From the NCBI GenBank assembly GCA_964057225.1, contig OZ059897.1, forward strand, positions 10,912,001 to 10,976,000: a DNA stretch of 64,000 nucleotides, in the 5' to 3' direction. The position numbers were made by a program, and so were the translations under genes. Positions 10,801 through 24,709 of this stretch are shown one piece after another; positions within the stretch are counted from its first letter, which is position 1, and the number at the start of each line of letters is the position of its first letter. Source of the DNA: Auanema rhodensis (lineage: Eukaryota > Animalia > Nematoda). The notes under the pieces were generated by a model. It made no database searches. It had not been told where the DNA came from and saw only the letters and a program-made list of their open reading frames with translations.

Positions 10801-13443
10801 AGTGGTTAGTACTCCACGTTGTGGCCGTGGCGACACAGATTCGATTCCTGTCTTGGGCATTTTTTGTTTTGAAATTAAAATGCTATAAACATATTGCTTG
10901 CTTGTCATGTTAGATTTGTTTAATTCAAATACTTATTTAAGTTCCAACAATTTTCGATTAAATCACGTTCATTTAACTGTATTGTTTTCAAAAATAAAGA
11001 CAAAATTCAATTTCTGTTCGTTGAATTAGAATTTTCATGTTGTCACACAGAAATTGAAGAATCTTAGTTCATTTCAGTAACAATGAACACACTAACTTTG
11101 TTAAGTTGTTGTAATATCGGCCCAAGTAGTATAGTGGTTAGTACTCCACGTTGTGGCCGTGGCGACACAGATTCGATTCCTGTCTTGGGCATTTTTTGTT
11201 TTGAAATTAAAATGCTATAAACATATTGCTTGCTTGTCATGTTAGATTTGTTTAATTCAAATACTTATTTAAGTTCCAACAATTTTCGATTAAATCACGT
11301 TCATTTAACTGTATTGTTTTCAAAAATAAAGACAAAATTCAATTTCTGTTCGTTGAATTAGAATTTTCATGTTGTCACACAGAAATTGAAGAATCTTAGT
11401 TCATTTCAGTAACAATGAACACACTAACTTCGTTAAGTTGTTGTAATATCGGCCCAAGTAATATAGTGGTTAGTACTCCACGTTGTGACCGTGGCGACAC
11501 AGATTCGATTCCTGTTTTGGGCATTTTTTGTTTTGAAATTTAAATGCTATAAAATTATTGCTTGCTTGTCATGTTAGATTTTTTTAATTTGAATACTTAT
11601 TCAAGTTTTAACAATTTTGGATTTAATCACGTTCAATCAACTGTATTGTTTTCAAAAATAAAGACATCTTTCAATTTCTGGTCATTGAATTAGAATTTTC
11701 ATGTTGTCACACAGAAATTGAAGAATCTTAGTTCATTTCAGTAACAATGAACACACTAACTTCGTTAAGTTGTTGTAATATCGGCCCAAGTAGTATAGTG
11801 GTTAGTACTCCACGTTGTGGCCGTGGCGACACAGATTCGATTCCTGTCTTGGCCATTTTTTGTTTTGAAATTAAAATGCTATAAACATATTGCTTGCTTG
11901 TCATGTTAGATTTCTTTAATTCAAATACTTATTTAAGTTCTAACAATTTTTGATTTAATCACGTTCAATTAACTGTATTGTTTTCAAAAATAAAGACATC
12001 TTTCAATTTCTGGTCATTGATTTAGAATTTTCATGTTGTCACACAGAAATTGAAGATTCTTAGTTCAATTCAGTAACAATGAACACACTAACTTTGTTAA
12101 GTTGTTGTGATATCGGCCCAAGTAATATAGTGGTTAGTACTCCACGTTGTGGCCGTGGCGACACAGATTCGATTCCTGTCTTGGGCATTTTTTGTTTTGA
12201 AATTAAAATGCTACGAAATTATTGCTTGCTTGTGATGTTAGATTTCTTTAATTTGAATACTTATTCAAGTTATAACAATTTTCGATTTAATCACGTTCAA
12301 TCAACTGTATTGTTTTTGAAAATAAAGACAAAATTCAATTTCTAGTCATTGAATTAGAATTTTCATGTTGTCACACAGAAATTGAAGAATCTTAGTTCAA
12401 TTCAGTAACAATGAACACACTAACTTTGTTAAGTTGTTGTTATATCGGCCCAAGTAATATAGTGGTTAGTACTCCACGTTGTGGCCGTGGCGACACAGAT
12501 TCGATTCCTGTCTTGGGCATTTTTTGTTTTGAAATTTAAATGCTATAAAATTATTGCTTGCTTGTCATGTTAGATTTCTTTAATTCAAATACTTATTTAA
12601 GTTCTAACAATTTTTGATTCAATCACGTTCAATTAACTGTATTGTTTTCAAAAATAAAGACATCTTTCAATTTCTGGTCATTGATTTAGAATTTTCATGT
12701 TGTCACACAGAAATTGAAGATTCTTAGTTCAATTCAGTAACAATGAACACACTAACTTTGTTAAGTTGTTGTGATATCGGCCCAAGTAATATAGTGGTTA
12801 GTACTCCACGTTGTGGCCGTGGCGACACAGATTCGATTCCTGTCTTGGGCATTTTTTGTTTTGAAATTAAAATGCTACAAAATTATTGCTTGCTTGTCAT
12901 GTTAGATTTCTTTAATTTGAATACTTATTCAAGTTATAACAATTTTTGATTTAATCACGTTCAATCAACTGTATTGTTTTCAAAAATAAAGACAAAATTC
13001 AATTTCTGTTCATTGATTTAGAATTTTCATGTTGTCACACAGAAATTGAAGATTCTTAGTTCAATTCAGTAACAATGAACACACTAACTTTGTTAAGTTG
13101 TTGTGATATCGGCCCAAGTAATATAGTGGTTAGTACTCCACGTTGTGGCCGTGGCGACACAGGTTCGATTCCTGTCTTGGGCATTTTTTGTTTTGAAATT
13201 AAAATGCTACAAAATTATTGCTTGCTTGTCATGTTAGATTTCTTTAATTTGAATACTTATTCAAGTTATAACAATTTTTGATTTAATCACGTTCAATCAA
13301 CTGTATTGTTTTCAAAAATAAAGACAAAATTCAATTTCTGTTCATTGAATTAGAATTTTCATGTTGTCACACAGAAATTGAAGAATCTTAGTTCAATTCA
13401 GTAACAATGAACAGAATAACTTTGTTTAGTTGTTGTAATATCG

Positions 13444-13515
13444 GCCCAAGTAGTATAGTGGTTAGTACTCCACGTTGTGGCCGTGGCGACACAGGTTCGA
13501 TTCCTGTCTTGGGCA
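13444..13515 (+). tRNA. tRNA-His: tRNA-His(GUG), canonical copy
   Basis: Same sequence as the 7800 copy. Confidence 0.93.
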
Positions 13516-16431
13516 TTTTTTGTTTTGAAATTAAAATGCTACAAAATTATTGCTTGCTTGTCATGTTAGATTTCTTTAATTTGAATACTTATTCAAGTTT
13601 TAACAATTTTGGATTTAATCACGTTCAATCAACTGTATTGTTTTCAAAAATAAAGACATCTTTCAATTTCTGGTCATTGAATTAGAATTTTCATGTTGTC
13701 ACACAGAAATTGAAGAATCTTAGTTCATTTCAGTAACAATGAACACACTAACTTCGTTAAGTTGTTGTAATATCGGCCCAAGTAATATAGTGGTTAGTAC
13801 TCCACGTTGTGGCCGTGGCGACACAGATTCGATTCCTGTCTTGGGCATTTTTTGTTTTGAAATTAAAATGCTATAAACATATTGCTTGCTTGTCATGTTA
13901 GATTTGTTTAATTCAAATACTTATTTAAGTTCCAACAATTTTCGATTAAATCACGTTCATTTAACTGTATTGTTTTCAAAAATAAAGACAAAATTCAATT
14001 TCTGTTCGTTGAATTAGAATTTTCATGTTGTCACACAGAAATTGAAGAATCTTAGTTCATTTCAGTAACAATGAACACACTAACTTTGTTAAGTTGTTGT
14101 AATATCGGCCCAAGTAGTATAGTGGTTAGTACTCCACGTTGTGGCCGTGGCGACACAGATTCGATTCCTGTCTTGGGCATTTTTTGTTTTGAAATTAAAA
14201 TGCTATAAACATATTGCTTGCTTGTCATGTTAGATTTGTTTAATTCAAATACTTATTTAAGTTCCAACAATTTTCGATTAAATCACGTTCATTTAACTGT
14301 ATTGTTTTCAAAAATAAAGACAAAATTCAATTTCTGTTCGTTGAATTAGAATTTTCATGTTGTCACACAGAAATTGAAGAATCTTAGTTCATTTCAGTAA
14401 CAATGAACACACTAACTTCGTTAAGTTGTTGTAATATCGGCCCAAGTAATATAGTGGTTAGTACTCCACGTTGTGACCGTGGCGACACAGATTCGATTCC
14501 TGTTTTGGGCATTTTTTGTTTTGAAATTTAAATGCTATAAAATTATTGCTTGCTTGTCATGTTAGATTTTTTTAATTTGAATACTTATTCAAGTTTTAAC
14601 AATTTTGGATTTAATCACGTTCAATCAACTGTATTGTTTTCAAAAATAAAGACATCTTTCAATTTCTGGTCATTGAATTAGAATTTTCATGTTGTCACAC
14701 AGAAATTGAAGAATCTTAGTTCATTTCAGTAACAATGAACACACTAACTTCGTTAAGTTGTTGTAATATCGGCCCAAGTAGTATAGTGGTTAGTACTCCA
14801 CGTTGTGGCCGTGGCGACACAGATTCGATTCCTGTCTTGGCCATTTTTTGTTTTGAAATTAAAATGCTATAAACATATTGCTTGCTTGTCATGTTAGATT
14901 TCTTTAATTCAAATACTTATTTAAGTTCTAACAATTTTTGATTTAATCACGTTCAATTAACTGTATTGTTTTCAAAAATAAAGACATCTTTCAATTTCTG
15001 GTCATTGATTTAGAATTTTCATGTTGTCACACAGAAATTGAAGATTCTTAGTTCAATTCAGTAACAATGAACACACTAACTTTGTTAAGTTGTTGTGATA
15101 TCGGCCCAAGTAATATAGTGGTTAGTACTCCACGTTGTGGCCGTGGCGACACAGATTCGATTCCTGTCTTGGGCATTTTTTGTTTTGAAATTAAAATGCT
15201 ACAAAATTATTGCTTGCTTGTGATGTTAGATTTCTTTAATTTGAATACTTATTCAAGTTATAACAATTTTCGATTTAATCACGTTCAATCAACTGTATTG
15301 TTTTTGAAAATAAAGACAAAATTCAATTTCTAGTCATTGAATTAGAATTTTCATGTTGTCACACAGAAATTGAAGAATCTTAGTTCAATTCAGTAACAAT
15401 GAACACACTAACTTTGTTAAGTTGTTGTTATATCGGCCCAAGTAATATAGTGGTTAGTACTCCACGTTGTGGCCGTGGCGACACAGATTCGATTCCTGTC
15501 TTGGGCATTTTTTGTTTTGAAATTTAAATGCTATAAAATTATTGCTTGCTTGTCATGTTAGATTTCTTTAATTCAAATACTTATTTAAGTTCTAACAATT
15601 TTTGATTCAATCACGTTCAATTAACTGTATTGTTTTCAAAAATAAAGACATCTTTCAATTTCTGGTCATTGATTTAGAATTTTCATGTTGTCACACAGAA
15701 ATTGAAGATTCTTAGTTCAATTCAGTAACAATGAACACACTAACTTTGTTAAGTTGTTGTGATATCGGCCCAAGTAATATAGTGGTTAGTACTCCACGTT
15801 GTGGCCGTGGCGACACAGATTCGATTCCTGTCTTGGGCATTTTTTGTTTTGAAATTAAAATGCTACAAAATTATTGCTTGCTTGTCATGTTAGATTTCTT
15901 TAATTTGAATACTTATTCAAGTTATAACAATTTTTGATTTAATCACGTTCAATCAACTGTATTGTTTTCAAAAATAAAGACAAAATTCAATTTCTGTTCA
16001 TTGATTTAGAATTTTCATGTTGTCACACAGAAATTGAAGATTCTTAGTTCAATTCAGTAACAATGAACACACTAACTTTGTTAAGTTGTTGTGATATCGG
16101 CCCAAGTAATATAGTGGTTAGTACTCCACGTTGTGGCCGTGGCGACACAGGTTCGATTCCTGTCTTGGGCATTTTTTGTTTTGAAATTAAAATGCTACAA
16201 AATTATTGCTTGCTTGTCATGTTAGATTTCTTTAATTTGAATACTTATTCAAGTTATAACAATTTTTGATTTAATCACGTTCAATCAACTGTATTGTTTT
16301 CAAAAATAAAGACAAAATTCAATTTCTGTTCATTGAATTAGAATTTTCATGTTGTCACACAGAAATTGAAGAATCTTAGTTCAATTCAGTAACAATGAAC
16401 AGAATAACTTTGTTTAGTTGTTGTAATATCG

Positions 16432-16503
16432 GCCCAAGTAGTATAGTGGTTAGTACTCCACGTTGTGGCCGTGGCGACACAGGTTCGATTCCTGTCTTGG
16501 GCA
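16432..16503 (+). tRNA. tRNA-His: tRNA-His(GUG), canonical copy
   Basis: Same sequence as the 7800 copy. Confidence 0.93.
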
Positions 16504-19087
16504 TTTTTTGTTTTGAAATTAAAATGCTACAAAATTATTGCTTGCTTGTCATGTTAGATTTCTTTAATTTGAATACTTATTCAAGTTTTAACAATTTTGG
16601 ATTTAATCACGTTCAATCAACTGTATTGTTTTCAAAAATAAAGACATCTTTCAATTTCTGGTCATTGAATTAGAATTTTCATGTTGTCACACAGAAATTG
16701 AAGAATCTTAGTTCATTTCAGTAACAATGAACACACTAACTTCGTTAAGTTGTTGTAATATCGGCCCAAGTAATATAGTGGTTAGTACTCCACGTTGTGG
16801 CCGTGGCGACACAGATTCGATTCCTGTCTTGGGCATTTTTTGTTTTGAAATTAAAATGCTATAAACATATTGCTTGCTTGTCATGTTAGATTTGTTTAAT
16901 TCAAATACTTATTTAAGTTCCAACAATTTTCGATTAAATCACGTTCATTTAACTGTATTGTTTTCAAAAATAAAGACAAAATTCAATTTCTGTTCGTTGA
17001 ATTAGAATTTTCATGTTGTCACACAGAAATTGAAGAATCTTAGTTCATTTCAGTAACAATGAACACACTAACTTTGTTAAGTTGTTGTAATATCGGCCCA
17101 AGTAGTATAGTGGTTAGTACTCCACGTTGTGGCCGTGGCGACACAGATTCGATTCCTGTCTTGGGCATTTTTTGTTTTGAAATTAAAATGCTATAAACAT
17201 ATTGCTTGCTTGTCATGTTAGATTTGTTTAATTCAAATACTTATTTAAGTTCCAACAATTTTCGATTAAATCACGTTCATTTAACTGTATTGTTTTCAAA
17301 AATAAAGACAAAATTCAATTTCTGTTCGTTGAATTAGAATTTTCATGTTGTCACACAGAAATTGAAGAATCTTAGTTCATTTCAGTAACAATGAACACAC
17401 TAACTTCGTTAAGTTGTTGTAATATCGGCCCAAGTAATATAGTGGTTAGTACTCCACGTTGTGACCGTGGCGACACAGATTCGATTCCTGTTTTGGGCAT
17501 TTTTTGTTTTGAAATTTAAATGCTATAAAATTATTGCTTGCTTGTCATGTTAGATTTTTTTAATTTGAATACTTATTCAAGTTTTAACAATTTTGGATTT
17601 AATCACGTTCAATCAACTGTATTGTTTTCAAAAATAAAGACATCTTTCAATTTGTGGTCATTGAATTAGAATTTTCATGTTGTCACACAGAAATTGAAGA
17701 ATCTTAGTTCATTTCAGTAACAATGAACACACTAACTTCGTTAAGTTGTTGTAATATCGGCCCAAGTAATATAGTGGTTAGTACTCCACGTTGTGACCGT
17801 GGCGACACAGATTCGATTCCTGTTTTGGGCATTTTTTGTTTTGAAATTTAAATGCTATAAAATTATTGCTTGCTTGTCATGTTAGATTTTTTTAATTTGA
17901 ATACTTATTCAAGTTTTAACAATTTTGGATTTAATCACGTTCAATCAACTGTATTGTTTTCAAAAATAAAGACATCTTTCAATTTCTGGTCATTGAATTA
18001 GAATTTTCATGTTGTCACACAGAAATTGAAGAATCTTAGTTCATTTCAGTAACAATGAACACACTAACTTCGTTAAGTTGTTGTAATATCGGCCCAAGTA
18101 GTATAGTGGTTAGTACTCCACGTTGTGGCCGTGGCGACACAGATTCGATTCCTGTCTTGGCCATTTTTTGTTTTGAAATTAAAATGCTATAAACATATTG
18201 CTTGCTTGTCATGTTAGATTTCTTTAATTCAAATACTTATTTAAGTTCTAACAATTTTTGATTTAATCACGTTCAATTAACTGTATTGTTTTCAAAAATA
18301 AAGACATCTTTCAATTTCTGGTCATTGATTTAGAATTTTCATGTTGTCACACAGAAATTGAAGATTCTTAGTTCAATTCAGTAACAATGAACACACTAAC
18401 TTTGTTAAGTTGTTGTGATATCGGCCCAAGTAATATAGTGGTTAGTACTCCACGTTGTGGCCGTGGCGACACAGATTCGATTCCTGTCTTGGGCATTTTT
18501 TGTTTTGAAATTAAAATGCTACAAAATTATTGCTTGCTTGTCATGTTAGATTTCTTTAATTTGAATACTTATTCAAGTTATAACAATTTTTGATTTAATC
18601 ACGTTCAATCAACTGTATTGTTTTCAAAAATAAAGACAAAATTCAATTTCTGTTCATTGATTTAGAATTTTCATGTTGTCACACAGAAATTGAAGATTCT
18701 TAGTTCAATTCAGTAACAATGAACACACTAACTTTGTTAAGTTGTTGTGATATCGGCCCAAGTAATATAGTGGTTAGTACTCCACGTTGTGGCCGTGGCG
18801 ACACAGGTTCGATTCCTGTCTTGGGCATTTTTTGTTTTGAAATTAAAATGCTACAAAATTATTGCTTGCTTGTCATGTTAGATTTCTTTAATTTGAATAC
18901 TTATTCAAGTTATAACAATTTTTGATTTAATCACGTTCAATCAACTGTATTGTTTTCAAAAATAAAGACAAAATTCAATTTCTGTTCATTGAATTAGAAT
19001 TTTCATGTTGTCACACAGAAATTGAAGAATCTTAGTTCAATTCAGTAACAATGAACAGAATAACTTTGTTTAGTTGTTGTAATATCG

Positions 19088-19159
19088 GCCCAAGTAGTAT
19101 AGTGGTTAGTACTCCACGTTGTGGCCGTGGCGACACAGGTTCGATTCCTGTCTTGGGCA
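19088..19159 (+). tRNA. tRNA-His: tRNA-His(GUG), canonical copy
   Basis: Same sequence as the 7800 copy. Confidence 0.93.
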
Positions 19160-21743
19160 TTTTTTGTTTTGAAATTAAAATGCTACAAAATTATTGCTTG
19201 CTTGTCATGTTAGATTTCTTTAATTTGAATACTTATTCAAGTTTTAACAATTTTGGATTTAATCACGTTCAATCAACTGTATTGTTTTCAAAAATAAAGA
19301 CATCTTTCAATTTCTGGTCATTGAATTAGAATTTTCATGTTGTCACACAGAAATTGAAGAATCTTAGTTCATTTCAGTAACAATGAACACACTAACTTTG
19401 TTAAGTTGTTGTAATATCGGCCCAAGTAATATAGTGGTTAGTACTCCACGTTGTGGCCGTGGCGACACAGATTCGATTCCTGTCTTGGGCATTTTTTGTT
19501 TTGAAATTAAAATGCTATAAACATATTGCTTGCTTGTCATGTTAGATTTGTTTAATTCAAATACTTATTTAAGTTCCAACAATTTTCGATTAAATCACGT
19601 TCATTTAACTGTATTGTTTTCAAAAATAAAGACAAAATTCAATTTCTGTTCGTTGAATTAGAATTTTCATGTTGTCACACAGAAATTGAAGAATCTTAGT
19701 TCATTTCAGTAACAATGAACACACTAACTTCGTTAAGTTGTTGTAATATCGGCCCAAGTAATATAGTGGTTAGTACTCCACGTTGTGACCGTGGCGACAC
19801 AGATTCGATTCTTGTTTTGGGCATTTTTTGTTTTGAAATTTAAATGCTATAAAATTATTGCTTGCTTGTCATGTTAGATTTTTTTAATTTGAATACTTAT
19901 TCAAGTTTTAACAATTTTGGATTTAATCACGTTCAATCAACTGTATTGTTTTCAAAAATAAAGACATCTTTCAATTTGTGGTCATTGAATTAGAATTTTC
20001 ATGTTGTCACACAGAAATTGAAGAATCTTAGTTCATTTCAGTAACAATGAACACACTAACTTCGTTAAGTTGTTGTAATATCGGCCCAAGTAGTATAGTG
20101 GTTAGTACTCCACGTTGTGGCCGTGGCGACACAGATTCGATTCCTGTCTTGGCCATTTTTTGTTTTGAAATTAAAATGCTATAAACATATTGCTTGCTTG
20201 TCATGTTAGATTTCTTTAATTCAAATACTTATTTAAGTTCTAACAATTTTTGATTTAATCACGTTCAATTAACTGTATTGTTTTCAAAAATAAAGACATC
20301 TTTCAATTTCTGGTCATTGATTTAGAATTTTCATGTTGTCACACAGAAATTGAAGATTCTTAGTTCAATTCAGTAACAATGAACACACTAACTTTGTTAA
20401 GTTGTTGTGATATCGGCCCAAGTAATATAGTGGTTAGTACTCCACGTTGTGGCCGTGGCGACACAGATTCGATTCCTGTCTTGGGCATTTTTTGTTTTGA
20501 AATTAAAATGCTACAAAATTATTGCTTGCTTGTGATGTTAGATTTCTTTAATTTGAATACTTATTCAAGTTATAACAATTTTCGATTTAATCACGTTCAA
20601 TCAACTGTATTGTTTTTGAAAATAAAGACAAAATTCAATTTCTAGTCATTGAATTAGAATTTTCATGTTGTCACACAGAAATTGAAGAATCTTAGTTCAA
20701 TTCAGTAACAATGAACACACTAACTTTGTTAAGTTGTTGTTATATCGGCCCAAGTAATATAGTGGTTAGTACTCCACGTTGTGGCCGTGGCGACACAGAT
20801 TCGATTCCTGTCTTGGGCATTTTTTGTTTTGAAATTTAAATGCTATAAAATTATTGCTTGCTTGTCATGTTAGATTTCTTTAATTCAAATACTTATTTAA
20901 GTTCTAACAATTTTTGATTCAATCACGTTCAATTAACTGTATTGTTTTCAAAAATAAAGACATCTTTCAATTTCTGGTCATTGATTTAGAATTTTCATGT
21001 TGTCACACAGAAATTGAAGATTCTTAGTTCAATTCAGTAACAATGAACACACTAACTTTGTTAAGTTGTTGTGATATCGGCCCAAGTAATATAGTGGTTA
21101 GTACTCCACGTTGTGGCCGTGGCGACACAGATTCGATTCCTGTCTTGGGCATTTTTTGTTTTGAAATTAAAATGCTACAAAATTATTGCTTGCTTGTCAT
21201 GTTAGATTTCTTTAATTTGAATACTTATTCAAGTTATAACAATTTTTGATTTAATCACGTTCAATCAACTGTATTGTTTTCAAAAATAAAGACAAAATTC
21301 AATTTCTGTTCATTGATTTAGAATTTTCATGTTGTCACACAGAAATTGAAGATTCTTAGTTCAATTCAGTAACAATGAACACACTAACTTTGTTAAGTTG
21401 TTGTGATATCGGCCCAAGTAATATAGTGGTTAGTACTCCACGTTGTGGCCGTGGCGACACAGGTTCGATTCCTGTCTTGGGCATTTTTTGTTTTGAAATT
21501 AAAATGCTACAAAATTATTGCTTGCTTGTCATGTTAGATTTCTTTAATTTGAATACTTATTCAAGTTATAACAATTTTTGATTTAATCACGTTCAATCAA
21601 CTGTATTGTTTTCAAAAATAAAGACAAAATTCAATTTCTGTTCATTGAATTAGAATTTTCATGTTGTCACACAGAAATTGAAGAATCTTAGTTCAATTCA
21701 GTAACAATGAACAGAATAACTTTGTTTAGTTGTTGTAATATCG

Positions 21744-21815
21744 GCCCAAGTAGTATAGTGGTTAGTACTCCACGTTGTGGCCGTGGCGACACAGGTTCGA
21801 TTCCTGTCTTGGGCA
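21744..21815 (+). tRNA. tRNA-His: tRNA-His(GUG), canonical copy
   Basis: Same sequence as the 7800 copy. Confidence 0.93.
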
Positions 21816-23735
21816 TTTTTTGTTTTGAAATTAAAATGCTACAAAATTATTGCTTGCTTGTCATGTTAGATTTCTTTAATTTGAATACTTATTCAAGTTT
21901 TAACAATTTTGGATTTAATCACGTTCAATCAACTGTATTGTTTTCAAAAATAAAGACATCTTTCAATTTCTGGTCATTGAATTAGAATTTTCATGTTGTC
22001 ACACAGAAATTGAAGAATCTTAGTTCATTTCAGTAACAATGAACACACTAACTTCGTTAAGTTGTTGTAATATCGGCCCAAGTAATATAGTGGTTAGTAC
22101 TCCACGTTGTGGCCGTGGCGACACAGATTCGATTCCTGTCTTGGGCATTTTTTGTTTTGAAATTAAAATGCTATAAACATATTGCTTGCTTGTCATGTTA
22201 GATTTGTTTAATTCAAATACTTATTTAAGTTCCAACAATTTTCGATTAAATCACGTTCAATCAACTGTATTGTTTTCAAAAATAAAGACATCTTTCAATT
22301 TCTGGTCATTGAATTAGAATTTTCATGTTGTCACACAGAAATTGAAGAATCTTAGTTCATTTCAGTAACAATGAACACACTAACTTCGTTAAGTTGTTGT
22401 AATATCGGCCCAAGTAGTATAGTGGTTAGTACTCCACGTTGTGGCCGTGGCGACACAGATTCGATTCCTGTCTTGGCCATTTTTTGTTTTGAAATTAAAA
22501 TGCTATAAACATATTGCTTGCTTGTCATGTTAGATTTCTTTAATTCAAATACTTATTTAAGTTCTAACAATTTTCGATTTAATCACGTTCAATCACCTGT
22601 ATTGTTTTTGAAAATAAAGACAAAATTCAATTTCTAGTCATTGAATTAGAATTTTCATGTTGTCACACAGAAATTGAAGATTCTTAGTTCAATTCAGTAA
22701 CAATGAACACACTAACTTTGTTAAGTTGTTGTAATATCGGCCCAAGTAATATAGTGGTTAGTACTCCACGTTGTGGCCGTGGCGACACAGATTCGATTCC
22801 TGTCTTGGGCATTTTTTGTTTTGAAATTTAAATGCTATAAAATTATTGCTTGCTTGTCATGTTAGATTTCTTTAATTCAAATACTTATTTAAGTTCTAAC
22901 AATTTTTGATTCAATCACGTTCAATTAACTGTATTGTTTTCAAAAATAAAGACATCTTTCAATTTCTGGTCATTGATTTAGAATTTTCATGTTGTCACAC
23001 AGAAATTGAAGATTCTTAGTTCAATTCAGTAACAATGAACACACTAACTTTGTTAAGTTGTTGTGATATCGGCCCAAGTAATATAGTGGTTAGTACTCCA
23101 CGTTGTGGCCGTGGCGACACAGATTCGATTCCTGTCTTGGGCATTTTTTGTTTTGAAATTAAAATGCTACAAAATTATTGCTTGCTTGTCATGTTAGATT
23201 TCTTTAATTTGAATACTTATTCAAGTTATAACAATTTTTGATTTAATCACGTTCAATCAACTGTATTGTTTTCAAAAATAAAGACAAAATTCAATTTCTG
23301 TTCATTGATTTAGAATTTTCATGTTGTCACACAGAAATTGAAGATTCTTAGTTCAATTCAGTAACAATGAACACACTAACTTTGTTAAGTTGTTGTGATA
23401 TCGGCCCAAGTAATATAGTGGTTAGTACTCCACGTTGTGGCCGTGGCGACACAGGTTCGATTCCTGTCTTGGGCATTTTTTGTTTTGAAATTAAAATGCT
23501 ACAAAATTATTGCTTGCTTGTCATGTTAGATTTCTTTAATTTGAATACTTATTCAAGTTATAACAATTTTTGATTTAATCACGTTCAATCAACTGTATTG
23601 TTTTCAAAAATAAAGACAAAATTCAATTTCTGTTCATTGAATTAGAATTTTCATGTTGTCACACAGAAATTGAAGAATCTTAGTTCAATTCAGTAACAAT
23701 GAACAGAATAACTTTGTTTAGTTGTTGTAATATCG

Positions 23736-23807
23736 GCCCAAGTAGTATAGTGGTTAGTACTCCACGTTGTGGCCGTGGCGACACAGGTTCGATTCCTGTC
23801 TTGGGCA
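23736..23807 (+). tRNA. tRNA-His: tRNA-His(GUG), canonical copy
   Basis: Same sequence as the 7800 copy. Confidence 0.93.
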
Positions 23808-23971
23808 TTTTTTGTTTTGAAATTAAAATGCTACAAAATTATTGCTTGCTTGTCATGTTAGATTTCTTTAATTTGAATACTTATTTAAGTTATAACAATT
23901 TTCAATTTAATCACGTTCAATCAACTGTATTGTTTTCAAAAATAAAGACAAAATTCAATTTCTGTTCATTG

Positions 23972-24232
23972 TCACTGATATTTTACTTCAACCATATAAA
24001 AGACTCAAATACCGAGTTACATTCTAGAATTTTCACTATCAAAAAGTTTTCTCACTCCCTTCGTAGGCACCAATGGAATATCGACTTTCCTAATCTTCGA
24101 AAAAACGCATCAAGAAATGGAATCGAATACAGAGCGATCAAGACATGGAATTCCTTACCCGACAACTTGATTAACCTTGAGGAAACCAAAAGCTTCAGAA
24201 AACACCTCTACAATACTCTACAAACTCCATAA
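23972..24232 (+). pseudogene. C-terminal 86 aa of a LINE ORF2 (reverse transcriptase-associated tail)
   Basis: Open frame from the insertion edge to TAA at 24230-24232; WNSLP motif. Confidence 0.75.
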
Positions 24233-24709
24233 TGTGATCTAAATAATTAATACGAGTGTTAATTTGTTCATTTTTCATTTTGTTAATTATTTCTCTTTCC
24301 ATAGTCATAACCTTGTTCTGTTTTTCTGTTCGTGACAATTGGCAACAGTTTCCTATTTTCATCCCTTCTTTACTCCTTTGTTACTTCGTTTCATATCTTA
24401 TAGACATGAGTCATACGGATTGAACGCAAGTTATCTCCTATTGTTAGAACGGGCTCGGCTCAACTTATGAGTACCTCCGTACCTAACAACTACCAACAGG
24501 AGATCAGCTTTTATGCTGAACAAACCCCCTGTTTTCTGAAAAAAAAAGGAACTGCCTACAAATATTCACTCTCAGTTTAACTTATTATTTTTATCCACCC
24601 TTCATTTTTTTTTCAATGTTCTTATTGTATGGCTCTTACTCATGTAACTTCTCATTTGTACTAATACCGTTTAGCCTGTAATACTGAACAATAAACCAAT
24701 AAACGTGTA
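23972..24709 (+). mobile_element. 5'-truncated non-LTR retrotransposon (CR1/L2-like LINE) 3' end, 738 bp, copy 1
   Basis: Inserted between TTCATTG and AATTAG with no TSD and no deletion. It encodes ...YRAIKTWNSLPDNLINLEETKSFRKHL..., resembling the WNxLP/SFK-L C-terminus of CR1/L2-group ORF2, followed by a ~480-bp T-rich 3' UTR ending CAATAAAC-CAATAAAC-GTGTA. Confidence 0.8.

Noticed and set aside
23699-24232. 177-aa ORF (also 28089-28622) as a novel chimeric gene
   Set aside because: Chance in-frame join of a spurious repeat ORF with the LINE ORF2 tail. It overlaps a tRNA and its terminator and has no evidence of a Pol II context.
24490-24560. Hammerhead or HDV-like ribozyme in the LINE 3' UTR
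   Set aside because: I found no CTGANGA...GAAA core and could not build an HDV pseudoknot by eye. An Infernal scan would settle it.
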